A stretch of DNA of 64,000 nt from a virus. The notes below the pieces were generated by a model, which saw nothing but the letters and a program-made list of their open reading frames with translations, was not told the origin of the DNA and did no database searches. Below, piece by piece: positions 1 to 7,789 of this stretch (position 1 is the stretch's first letter; every line of letters starts with the position of its first letter). The stretch lies in IMG/VR virus record IMGVR_UViG_3300037246_001555, positions 23,490 through 87,489 of that record; one strand, written 5' to 3'. The translations under genes were made by a program, and so were the position numbers.

Positions 1-2
1 GC

Positions 3-902
3 TCGATGCCAGTGGAAGATCTATGGACAGGTCGCCCAGGCATGATTTGGGAGTACGATCCACGCCGGACCGCGGGCGCTGCACCGGAGCCTGTCTATCC
101 GCCTCCGTATCCCACGGCTGCACTAACAGAGCGTGAGACTCAGATATCTGAGATGGAGGCCATTGCCGGCACGGAGCAGGTTCTACGTGGCGAGCGCCCG
201 ATCGGCGTAAACAGTGCTGCCATGATTGACATTCTACGGAAGCAGGCGCTAGCTAGTCGTTCGGCCACGCTTCAAGAATGGGACGAGTCGCATCAGGAGC
301 TTGGAGAGCTGATGCTTCAGACCACTATTCGATACGTTAAGAAAGACCCTCGGTACCTTGAGCGCATTCGTATTCTGGCTCGCGAGAAGCACAGCCGGGT
401 CTCGATTGAGCAATTCTCAGGCGAAGATCTGGCGGACAACGTTATGGTGCGGGTGGACACGGCTAGCTTGGCTTTGGTGTCCAAGGAAGCCCGCGAGGCT
501 AAAATGATCGAGGTACTACAGTACCTCCCCAACATTCAGGCTATAGAGGATATTGGCCTACGCCAGGCCATCCTTGATGAGATTGGTCTGAAGAAGGCGC
601 TCATGCCCAGTGGTCCTGATGTGAACAGAGCGAAGAAGATGGTCTCTCTAATTAAGCAGGGACGATTCGATAGAGTCACCTACATGCCAGAAGACGACCC
701 GTATATTTTCAAGGCTTTGCTGGTAAACGAATCGAAGAGCGATGGCTTTATTGATCTGCCGCAAGATCAGCAGCAAGCGCTTACTCAGTCCATCGACCTC
801 TATGACCGACAAATCAAGCTGCGTGAAATGCAACAGCAGCAAATGATGCTCGCCCAAATGGAAATGCAAGCCTCCATGCAAGGCGGCGGGCAACAGGAGT
901 AG
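3..902 (+). CDS. Portal protein, C-terminal part (5'-truncated by the window)
   Basis: Frame is open from the window edge. Helical protein with a Gln/Met-rich tail typical of P22-like portals, located upstream of scaffold and MCP. Confidence 0.7.
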   Translation, partial: SMPVEDLWTGRPGMIWEYDPRRTAGAAPEPVYPPPYPTAALTERETQISEMEAIAGTEQVLRGERPIGVNSAAMIDILRKQALASRSATLQEWDESHQELGELMLQTTIRYVKKDPRYLERIRILAREKHSRVSIEQFSGEDLADNVMVRVDTASLALVSKEAREAKMIEVLQYLPNIQAIEDIGLRQAILDEIGLKKALMPSGPDVNRAKKMVSLIKQGRFDRVTYMPEDDPYIFKALLVNESKSDGFIDLPQDQQQALTQSIDLYDRQIKLREMQQQQMMLAQMEMQASMQGGGQQE

Positions 903-905
903 ACA

Positions 906-1856
906 ATGGCAACAACAGCAGGACGATACGGTCGAGGCGAAGTAGCCAAAGCAAAGAAAAAGGGGCGTAGTGATACGGGCTCTGCTTACGAGTACGGCGG
1001 ATCGCGAGCCGCGACTTCATATTTGCGAGGAGACGAAGGCAGTGCGTACCAGCAAGCGTTGGACGTACTGGGTTCTACCCCCTCGATGAAGAAGTCTGGG
1101 AAGCTTAGAAAAGGTGGCACTACCGCAATAAAGCATCAGGACGCTATCCAACGGGCGTCGCGACTTCGTGACGTGGCTTCGAATCGCGCACTGGGGGCGT
1201 TTGAAAGGGCTAGCACCCAGCATTCTAAACCTTGGCTTCAGCGAGCCTCTGAGGGGCTAATCAGTGGCCGCTCTGCGCGTCATTCTCTAGCGAACTTGCA
1301 GCAATTCGGAGGTGAGGGCGTTCGTCATACGGGTCGTACCTCCCGTCGCGCTGCGCTAATGGGCGAGCATGAGTTTGAAGGTCTTGGTATCGAACAAGCC
1401 CGCCAGACACGCGGAAAACTGCGCTCCCTGGCGCAGGGTAATTTTGATCCCTCCCTTATCGGCGACCCCGGTGTCAGGGAAGAAATAGCCCTAGGCAGAC
1501 CCCAGGGTAGTATAGGTATGGAGTACGGTCCGGGCCGTGCTGGCGGGCGAACCGCTGAGTGGCGCGGCGGCGCAGGCACCACGGATATATCTGATGCTGA
1601 ACGGGCCTATTCTGGTCTTGCCGGAGGCGCACGGCAGGAGTACCAGTACGACGTCGCGCCGCCCCCTCCTGCAAGCGCGGCTAGGAACCGATGGGGCGGC
1701 GTCGGAAGTGGCTTTGTAGCCGCCCCCGAGAGCGTCAATTATGGGCGCGTGTCAGGTCTTTCAACTATGGATCGCTATGGTCGGACCCCGGAAGAGCAGG
1801 ATATCTATGAGGCAGGTAAGAAAAAGAAGGGGAAGGGACCCTTCGGTCTCTTCTAA
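906..1856 (+). CDS. Hypothetical Gly/Arg-rich basic protein, possibly virion-internal
   Basis: 316 aa ORF tightly following the portal; low complexity with a KKKKGK tail. Confidence 0.6.
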   Translation: MATTAGRYGRGEVAKAKKKGRSDTGSAYEYGGSRAATSYLRGDEGSAYQQALDVLGSTPSMKKSGKLRKGGTTAIKHQDAIQRASRLRDVASNRALGAFERASTQHSKPWLQRASEGLISGRSARHSLANLQQFGGEGVRHTGRTSRRAALMGEHEFEGLGIEQARQTRGKLRSLAQGNFDPSLIGDPGVREEIALGRPQGSIGMEYGPGRAGGRTAEWRGGAGTTDISDAERAYSGLAGGARQEYQYDVAPPPPASAARNRWGGVGSGFVAAPESVNYGRVSGLSTMDRYGRTPEEQDIYEAGKKKKGKGPFGLF

Positions 1857-1866
1857 GGATTGAAGT

Positions 1867-2028
1867 ATGCCTGCTGTATCTCAAGCGCAGCACAGCTTCA
1901 TGCAAATGTGTGCTTCACAGAAGAGCCGCGCTAAGGCACACGGTAAGTGTCCTCCGCGGCCTATAGCTAGGAAGTTTGCTAAGCTAAAGCTGTCGGCGAA
2001 GGCGAAAAGTAGGGCTTTTGATGCCTGA
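1867..2028 (+). CDS. Small basic protein MPAVSQAQHSFMQMC... (53 aa, not in ORF track)
   Basis: Hand-translated; ATG 1867, TGA 2026-2028. The MPAxSxAQ start resembles small phage proteins found near head genes. Confidence 0.55.
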   Translation: MPAVSQAQHSFMQMCASQKSRAKAHGKCPPRPIARKFAKLKLSAKAKSRAFDA

Positions 2029-2545
2029 CAAGAAAGTATCAACTAAGGGTCTATTGCTGGGTCTTGGAGCAGCAGGAACCGCAGCAGCCGGTACAGCGGC
2101 TCTCGAAGGGCGTCTTGCTGAAAGGGCTAGACGCGAAGCCGCGAAGTCTCAATCAAATACGGTTGTAAAGCGGCAGCTCGACCGCCGCACTCGCCAGAAG
2201 AAAGTAGCCTCGGAGTTTCGACTCTCTGAGACTAAGCTCAAAGAGCACCCCGGAAGGAAGTGGGCCACCAAGTCACTGAATGAGAATCCGAATGAGTTTC
2301 GAATCCAGACCCAAAATCAGAGGCTAGCCCGCCGCGCAGCAAAGGCAGCCGGTAGAAGCATGGGCGCTTTTGGGTTGATGGTTGGAGCTGCCGGAGCTGT
2401 TTCTGATATACGCCGTATTGATCGAGAAGGAGGGCTTTGGGCCAATCGTTTTGGGAAGTTTGTGGAGAAGTTGACTGGCATGCCTCAAGGCTCTTCGGGC
2501 CGAGGAATGACAGACGCGGAGAGTAGAGCTGCAAACTCATTGTAG
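2018..2545 (+). CDS. Hypothetical basic protein with hydrophobic Gly/Ala segments
   Basis: ORF track; overlaps the previous stop; likely ATG at 2021. Confidence 0.55.
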   Translation: MMPDKKVSTKGLLLGLGAAGTAAAGTAALEGRLAERARREAAKSQSNTVVKRQLDRRTRQKKVASEFRLSETKLKEHPGRKWATKSLNENPNEFRIQTQNQRLARRAAKAAGRSMGAFGLMVGAAGAVSDIRRIDREGGLWANRFGKFVEKLTGMPQGSSGRGMTDAESRAANSL

Positions 2546-2554
2546 GGAGGTAGA

Positions 2555-2938
2555 ATGAACGAAGATAAGATCATTGTGTTTCTGGACGACGACCCTAGTC
2601 GAGCGGCGCTTCAGTTTCAGCGAATGAACAAGCAAGATCAGGAACGAACTTTCTGGGTTAAGACAGTCCCCGAAATGCTGGATATGCTCAAGAACTACAG
2701 AGCACGGCTGGACATTGTTTCGCTGGGCTATAACTTGAATGGCGGAGAATGTCCGGCCCATCCAGCTAGTGAGGACTGCGGGCTGGAAGTGGTAAGGTGG
2801 CTGGAAAAGCAACCCTCAGAACTGTATTCTCACGTACGCTTTATTGTTCATACGTGGAACCCAGTAGCTGGCGTAAAGATGGCTACACGACTTAGGGGAC
2901 AAGGTTACAAGGTGATCCGAGTACCGTTCGGATCGTAG
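2555..2938 (+). CDS. Cyclic-phosphate-processing receiver-like (cyREC) domain protein with a degenerate motif
   Basis: FLDDD...DIVSLGYNL...GLEVVRWLE...IVHTWNPVAG matches the family pattern xLDD..SLDHDL..G.dv..Wl..vHS.NP.G; RBS GGGAGG. Confidence 0.7.
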   Translation: MNEDKIIVFLDDDPSRAALQFQRMNKQDQERTFWVKTVPEMLDMLKNYRARLDIVSLGYNLNGGECPAHPASEDCGLEVVRWLEKQPSELYSHVRFIVHTWNPVAGVKMATRLRGQGYKVIRVPFGS

Positions 2939-2947
2939 GAGAATATA

Positions 2948-3265
2948 ATGGCTGAGGCTGAAAAGAAGAAGCGGACGATTCTCATGTCTGAGGACCCGTC
3001 AGAGGTAACCCCTCCGTCGGTTAGGACTCGAACGCGAGAAATTGCCTCTTCCATGCGAAGGTATATTCGTCCTAGAGGGGTCGGTTTCGGAGGGACCATA
3101 GGCAAGCTCTCTCGTAAAAATGGGGGGGATATCAAGGCCAAATGGAAGGTCGGCATCATGAAGGGTTTGGCTAGTAAAGGTATTCGAGGCAACGCTAGAG
3201 GCCCTGGGGGCGGGCGCCTTCGTGGCAAGTCCGGTCCCGGATTCCGCTTTAAGATTAGTTTCTAA
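2948..3265 (+). CDS. Hypothetical Arg/Gly/Lys-rich protein
   Basis: ORF with AGGAG RBS. Confidence 0.55.
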   Translation: MAEAEKKKRTILMSEDPSEVTPPSVRTRTREIASSMRRYIRPRGVGFGGTIGKLSRKNGGDIKAKWKVGIMKGLASKGIRGNARGPGGGRLRGKSGPGFRFKISF

Positions 3266-3279
3266 GGAGAGTCTAAACA

Positions 3280-3501
3280 ATGAACCCTATGGAAGTACTC
3301 GCGCCTAATTACTTGGGCGACATGATGGAGAATCTTGGCGTGGGCGAGCTTGTCAGGAACCGAGGACTTGGAGTCGCTGAGGTAAGCCCTGATGCGATGA
3401 AAGATCGAGAGATCCGTAACAACCCCGCTGTCGAACGAGACCGGATGCGGACCGCTAAGGCCCGTGAGTTTGGAATGACCAAAGAGACCGTAGGGTTCTA
3501 A
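3280..3501 (+). CDS. Hypothetical protein
   Basis: ORF with AAGGAG RBS. Confidence 0.55.
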   Translation: MNPMEVLAPNYLGDMMENLGVGELVRNRGLGVAEVSPDAMKDREIRNNPAVERDRMRTAKAREFGMTKETVGF

Positions 3502-3512
3502 AGGAGTTTGAC

Positions 3513-3767
3513 ATGTCTGATAAGAAAGCGTCGTTGAAGAGGAAAGCCTCCGTCCGGAGTCTATTCGACCTCAGCGACATCCCCACTGTGACGATCCAGC
3601 GTGAGCCTGTACACGTATCTCCGGCTAAAGTAACCGAGCAGGTCATTAGGCTTGATCCTAAGATCAAGAACCGAGGCGGTACGATTGGCGCTGTCGTAGG
3701 TAAACCCAAGCCTCAACGCTATATGGGCCCCAACATAACTAGGTCCCGTAGAAGCACCGGCCGCTAA
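3513..3767 (+). CDS. Hypothetical basic protein
   Basis: ORF with AAGGAG RBS. Confidence 0.55.
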   Translation: MSDKKASLKRKASVRSLFDLSDIPTVTIQREPVHVSPAKVTEQVIRLDPKIKNRGGTIGAVVGKPKPQRYMGPNITRSRRSTGR

Positions 3768-3800
3768 TTGTCTACTATTTTCAACAAAGGAGAAAACGTA

Positions 3801-4004
3801 ATGCGTTCCGCATTTATCACTCTACTTCTAATGGTGAGCCTCAGCTTTGGCTGTGCGCTCTACCCCATGCTGCTTGACGTAGGGAAGGACGCTTGCGATT
3901 CTGCCCTTGAGGGCTCCAAGGCTTCCGCACTCTGCGATAAGATTGAGGAGCTGAAGGCAGAAGCCGAAGCCGATCTGGCCGCCAAAGAGGCAGAGTCCGA
4001 GTAA
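3801..4004 (+). CDS. Putative small lipoprotein
   Basis: AAGGAG RBS before ATG 3801; MRSAFITLLLMVSLSFG-C signal peptide with a lipobox-like Cys. Confidence 0.55.
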   Translation: MRSAFITLLLMVSLSFGCALYPMLLDVGKDACDSALEGSKASALCDKIEELKAEAEADLAAKEAESE

Positions 4005-4085
4005 GGGCCCCTGCACCCCCCTCCCGAGTGCGGCGGGCCTCCCCTGGAAAGCGTTCCTCCCCCGCTTTCCAGGGGCCCTCTTTCC
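4005..4085 (+). terminator. Double stem-loop, probable terminator
   Basis: 13-bp stem CCCCTGGAAAGCG (4041-4053) / CGCTTTCCAGGGG (4063-4075), preceded by a second GC hairpin; weak T tail. Confidence 0.5.
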
Positions 4086-4127
4086 CCTGAATAATTAGGT
4101 TCAGTAAACCTGCCTGATTAAATAGGT

Positions 4128-4148
4128 AAACGGCATTATTTACTAGAG
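4128..4148 (+). promoter_or_regulatory. Conserved phage promoter-like motif, copy 1 (AAACGGCATTATTTACTAGAG)
   Basis: One of six near-identical copies; upstream of scaffold/MCP. Confidence 0.75.
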
Positions 4149-4258
4149 GAAGTAGTTCAACTGCCTATAAGGCCGCCCCTCTTCCTGGGCCGTAAATGTT
4201 GAATGTAACTCGCCCTGATTACTCCATGAGGGCGTTAAACACCTAGGAGGTACAGGCA

Positions 4259-5212
4259 ATGCCTGATGCGAACGAAATCCAAGCAGCTCTAGAAGAGGTG
4301 CTGGACCCCAAAGTGGAATCGCAGCCCACGACCGAACCGAACCCGGATGTAGCCGATGCACTCCAGCAGGCACTCAAGACTGGAGACAAAGCGGAAGGCG
4401 CTTCTGACGACGCGGTTGACAAGAGCACTGACGACACCAGTAAGGAATCGAAGACGGTTCCCTACGAGCGGTTGTCCAAGGTAGTGCAGCAGAAGAATGA
4501 GCTTTCCGAACGCTATAAGAGCCTCGAAGAGCAGTTCAGTTCTGCCAATACGAGAGAACAAGAGCTTCGCGGACGAATCGGAGATCTAGAGCAAGACTCT
4601 CAGATCCTCGATGCGATCAAGAACCTTGCTACGGATGAGCAGCTTCGCCCCCATGTGGTGGCGATTGACAAAGCTCTCCAGGGCATCACGGACGAGATCG
4701 AGACCGCGGAAGAGAAGGGCGACCAGCAGGCCGCATCGAACGCTGAGAAGCGATTCGAGCAGAAAGCGGCTGAGTTGGAAGAACTTCTCGATGATCAGCG
4801 AGCTGAGAACCTCTGGAGCGAGGCTGCTGGTTATGCCAAGGACATGCTCGAAAAACTACCTGATGGCTACACGGACGACGACAGAGCCGTCATAGGACAG
4901 CTCTGGAGTAATCGTGTTGATTGGAACGGGATTGAGCAGGCTGGTAGTGATGCTATCCGCCCGGCTCTGAACGCTTCACTCGCCGAGGTGATCAAGGGGT
5001 ATGGTATCCCGCGCGGTGCTCTGGTCGCTAATACGACCAAGGAAATCGAAGATCGGGTTCCCGAAGCCAGAATCGTATCCGCTGAGGATACGATCAAGAG
5101 CCTTACGGATAAGGACTGGGCCGAGACTGACGATAAGGACAACCTCGTTCATAGCGAGGCTGACTTTAGCGCTGGTTTGGCCGAGATGCTCCGAAAGACT
5201 CGCGGCGCCTAG
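4259..5212 (+). CDS. Capsid scaffolding protein
   Basis: Acidic N-terminus, VPYERL motif and coiled coil; directly upstream of MCP; AGGAGG RBS. Confidence 0.8.
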   Translation: MPDANEIQAALEEVLDPKVESQPTTEPNPDVADALQQALKTGDKAEGASDDAVDKSTDDTSKESKTVPYERLSKVVQQKNELSERYKSLEEQFSSANTREQELRGRIGDLEQDSQILDAIKNLATDEQLRPHVVAIDKALQGITDEIETAEEKGDQQAASNAEKRFEQKAAELEELLDDQRAENLWSEAAGYAKDMLEKLPDGYTDDDRAVIGQLWSNRVDWNGIEQAGSDAIRPALNASLAEVIKGYGIPRGALVANTTKEIEDRVPEARIVSAEDTIKSLTDKDWAETDDKDNLVHSEADFSAGLAEMLRKTRGA

Positions 5213-5288
5213 GGAACCCTAACCAAGCCTTAGAGCCTCCACGCACAGTGCATGGTTGCACCTACGGTTTGATAAGGAGTTCCTAAAA

Positions 5289-6500
5289 ATGGAGACTTTT
5301 GCCACACTTGGCGATATGCTCCTACGTCGGTACGTCGTGGATTTCATCGGGCAGATGCAACAGCTTTCTTCCCCAGTCCACAGCCGACTCAAGGAGAATA
5401 CGCGCTTCATCCCTTCGGGTGACGGTGCGTACTTTGCTGTCAGAATTGACGGCAATGAGTCGGGCGGCGGCTGGCGCGGCACTGACGACAACACCCTGCC
5501 CTCCGCGGGCAACGAGCGCATCAAGCAGGCTCGCGTACGACCCAAGAAGTACTACCACACGGTTACCTTCTCTGGTCTCGCAGAGGCTGTTTCGAAGCGC
5601 GCAGGCGAAGACGCCTTCGCCGCCGGTATCACGGACGCAATCAGTTCGGCTGTAAAGCGTGCGGGTGCCAACTTCGAGACCACGTTCCTGCGTGGCGACG
5701 GTACTGGCCGACTCACTAACGTGAGTGGCTCCCAGGCCGCCGACACGACCATCGTGGTCGATGACTCTCGGACGATTCGTACGGGACAGGTTGTGGTGTT
5801 TCTGAACAACACGACTGGTCTACGCCAGGCAGGCCCGGTGCAGATCACCTCGAACGACATCGCCAACGCCACGATTACGGTCAATGCGGCCGTGACCGTC
5901 ACGGATAACGACGGCGTTTACATCAGCGGTGAGCAGGATGAGGCTTCGGCCCCGTCTGAGCTGACGGCCCTCGGGCTCCCGGCGCTGGTGAACAACACCG
6001 GAACTATCTACAACCTCTCCCGGACGACCTACCCCATCCTTCAGTCGAAGGTGATTGCGGCGGGTTCGACCAGTCTCGATGAGAGCATGCTGCGCAGACT
6101 GCGCAAGCAGCTCATGATCGAGACGGCCGTTGAGAGCCTTGAGGGCTTCGCGCTCATCTCGAATCACGATCAGTACGATCGTTACACTGAGATCGCGCTT
6201 CCCTTCCGGCGCTTCAACGACATGCGTCTGGAGCTGGGTGCTCAGCAGGAGCTGACGACCTTCGAAGGTCGCCCGTGGCTGGTCACTTGGGCCGCGCTGC
6301 CGGACGAGGTGTACTTCCTCAACCTGGGTGCCATCGAACGAGGTATCGTTCGACCTTTCGCGATTGACGAGAGGGTGAATATGGCATGGGTCCCCGGCCA
6401 GGACGCTTTCACGGTTCTGATGAAGACCTACTGCGAGAACGTAGGCAGGTACCTCAACCAGAGTGCGAAAATCACCGGGTTGACTACGCCGACCTACTGA
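5289..6500 (+). CDS. Major capsid protein (HK97 fold, with a beta-rich insertion)
   Basis: About 403 aa after the scaffold; AAGGAG RBS before ATG 5289; LP.AG, GDGTG and K(I)TGL-type MCP features; strong C-ending codon bias; followed by a terminator. Confidence 0.88.
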   Translation: METFATLGDMLLRRYVVDFIGQMQQLSSPVHSRLKENTRFIPSGDGAYFAVRIDGNESGGGWRGTDDNTLPSAGNERIKQARVRPKKYYHTVTFSGLAEAVSKRAGEDAFAAGITDAISSAVKRAGANFETTFLRGDGTGRLTNVSGSQAADTTIVVDDSRTIRTGQVVVFLNNTTGLRQAGPVQITSNDIANATITVNAAVTVTDNDGVYISGEQDEASAPSELTALGLPALVNNTGTIYNLSRTTYPILQSKVIAAGSTSLDESMLRRLRKQLMIETAVESLEGFALISNHDQYDRYTEIALPFRRFNDMRLELGAQQELTTFEGRPWLVTWAALPDEVYFLNLGAIERGIVRPFAIDERVNMAWVPGQDAFTVLMKTYCENVGRYLNQSAKITGLTTPTY

Positions 6501-6530
6501 TCTTAGCGGATCGGTGACAATCTAGGAATA

Positions 6531-6564
6531 GCCCCTGGGGTATCAGCCCCAGGGGCATTCTTAT
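6531..6564 (+). terminator. Rho-independent terminator after MCP
   Basis: GCCCCTGGGG-tatcag-CCCCAGGGGC followed by ATTCTTAT. Confidence 0.7.
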
Positions 6565-6581
6565 ACTCGGGAGAGATTGTT

Positions 6582-7019
6582 ATGGAATGGAAGCCTCTAC
6601 ACGGGTTTAAAGGCCTGTACTCTGTATCTGACACGGGACTCGTTCGTGCTGAAGCTAAAGTCATCAAACGCCCAAGCTCCACCCGTGGAAAGCTTCAACA
6701 CCGGAAGCAGAAGATGATGAGGACTCCAGCTAACGGTCACGGTTACGCTTCCTTCCCTGCCACCAAAGACGGTCAACGTAAGACTGTAGATGTCCACCGC
6801 GCAGTCTATGAGGCCCATGTTCGTCCTCTGGAATCTGGAGAGCACGTACACCACGTGAATGACTGTAAGTTGGACAACCAAGTTTCAAATCTTCAAGCCA
6901 TGCCCGATCTTGAGCACAAGCGCCATACTCAGCAGCGCATAAAAGACAAGATCGCAGTGGCTGACTTTCTAACTCAGATCCTAATGACCAAAGGAGCCCT
7001 AAATGTCTCTACTCTCTGA
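6582..7019 (+). CDS. NUMOD4-HNH homing endonuclease
   Basis: EWKPLHGFKGLYSVSDTG (NUMOD4) and VHR...VHHVND.KLDN.VSNL (HNH). Confidence 0.9.
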   Translation: MEWKPLHGFKGLYSVSDTGLVRAEAKVIKRPSSTRGKLQHRKQKMMRTPANGHGYASFPATKDGQRKTVDVHRAVYEAHVRPLESGEHVHHVNDCKLDNQVSNLQAMPDLEHKRHTQQRIKDKIAVADFLTQILMTKGALNVSTL

Positions 7020-7290
7020 CCACAAGTTCGAGGCCTTCGGTCGCCCCTACGGCCTCGCCCGTGTGGAGTACACAGGCGCCGCAGCCACGTTCCTCGTGGA
7101 TCAATCGGCTTCTGCCGTAGCCTCCATTGAGCCCTCGTCCAGCGCCCCCGCGGCCACCATTGCATCGGGCGACTCCAACTTCGAAAAGACGGTGACCCTC
7201 GCTGCTGGTTCTCCGGCCGCGGTCGTGACCGTAGCAATCGCCTACAGTGGCGGGACCATCTCCAGCTCCAAGCCCGCCTCGCGCGCCTAG
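7003..7290 (+). CDS. Small beta-rich virion/decoration-like protein (paralog of 9916-10197)
   Basis: Shares VDQSA and DSNFEKTVT with 9916-10197; follows MCP. Confidence 0.6.
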   Translation: MSLLSDHKFEAFGRPYGLARVEYTGAAATFLVDQSASAVASIEPSSSAPAATIASGDSNFEKTVTLAAGSPAAVVTVAIAYSGGTISSSKPASRA

Positions 7291-7304
7291 TAGCGCCTAT
7301 AAGG
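7279..7304 (+). repeat. 26-bp direct repeat, left copy TCGCGCGCCTAGTAGCGCCTATAAGG
   Basis: 25/26 identical to 9310-9335. Confidence 0.9.
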
Positions 7305-7495
7305 TGTTCAATCGTAGAGTAATCGCTAAACTGAATGCTAAGATTGATGAGCTTAGTGATCAACTGCTCGAAATGAGTAATAGGCTCTCAAAAAACGACA
7401 GCAAGCTCAACAGTGCGCTAGCCGAGATACGCGGTGTACTGGCCGAGCTAGAAGATGTACGTAGCGGTAGAATTCTAAGTAACCGTAAAGGCTAA
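7304..7495 (+). CDS. Small coiled-coil protein
   Basis: Part of track ORF 7247-7495; GTG at 7304 is the plausible start; heptad pattern. Confidence 0.45.
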   Translation: MFNRRVIAKLNAKIDELSDQLLEMSNRLSKNDSKLNSALAEIRGVLAELEDVRSGRILSNRKG

Positions 7496-7498
7496 ACA

Positions 7499-7789
7499 GT
7501 GAACTACAGAGCGTCAGTCGTAACAAGGGTTACTTTAGACGCGGATAGGCAGATAGCGTCCGGCGACAGTATTGTAGTGTTCGGAATTGTTTTTTCAAAC
7601 AGCACCACTCTACCCGCAGAAATTGATGTTCTTGATGGCGCCGGCACTAAGCATATAACTGTCACGGTCCCTCCTGAAGATACTCGTATAGTTGATTTCG
7701 AGTTCATAGCAGACAGCGGACTCACGATTGACAGCCTAGGCAATGCTAACGTAGTGGCTACCGTGTTCCATAGTCAGGGCGGAAGCTAG
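7499..7789 (+). CDS. Small beta-sandwich virion protein
   Basis: 96 aa, Val/Thr/Ile-rich; lies inside the repeat-flanked cassette. Confidence 0.55.
   Translation: MNYRASVVTRVTLDADRQIASGDSIVVFGIVFSNSTTLPAEIDVLDGAGTKHITVTVPPEDTRIVDFEFIADSGLTIDSLGNANVVATVFHSQGGS

Noticed and set aside
4128-4148. Motif as a sigma54 or T4-late promoter
   Set aside because: There is no GC at the -12 position after GG-N10, and the TAAATA-like string is on the strand opposite the downstream genes.
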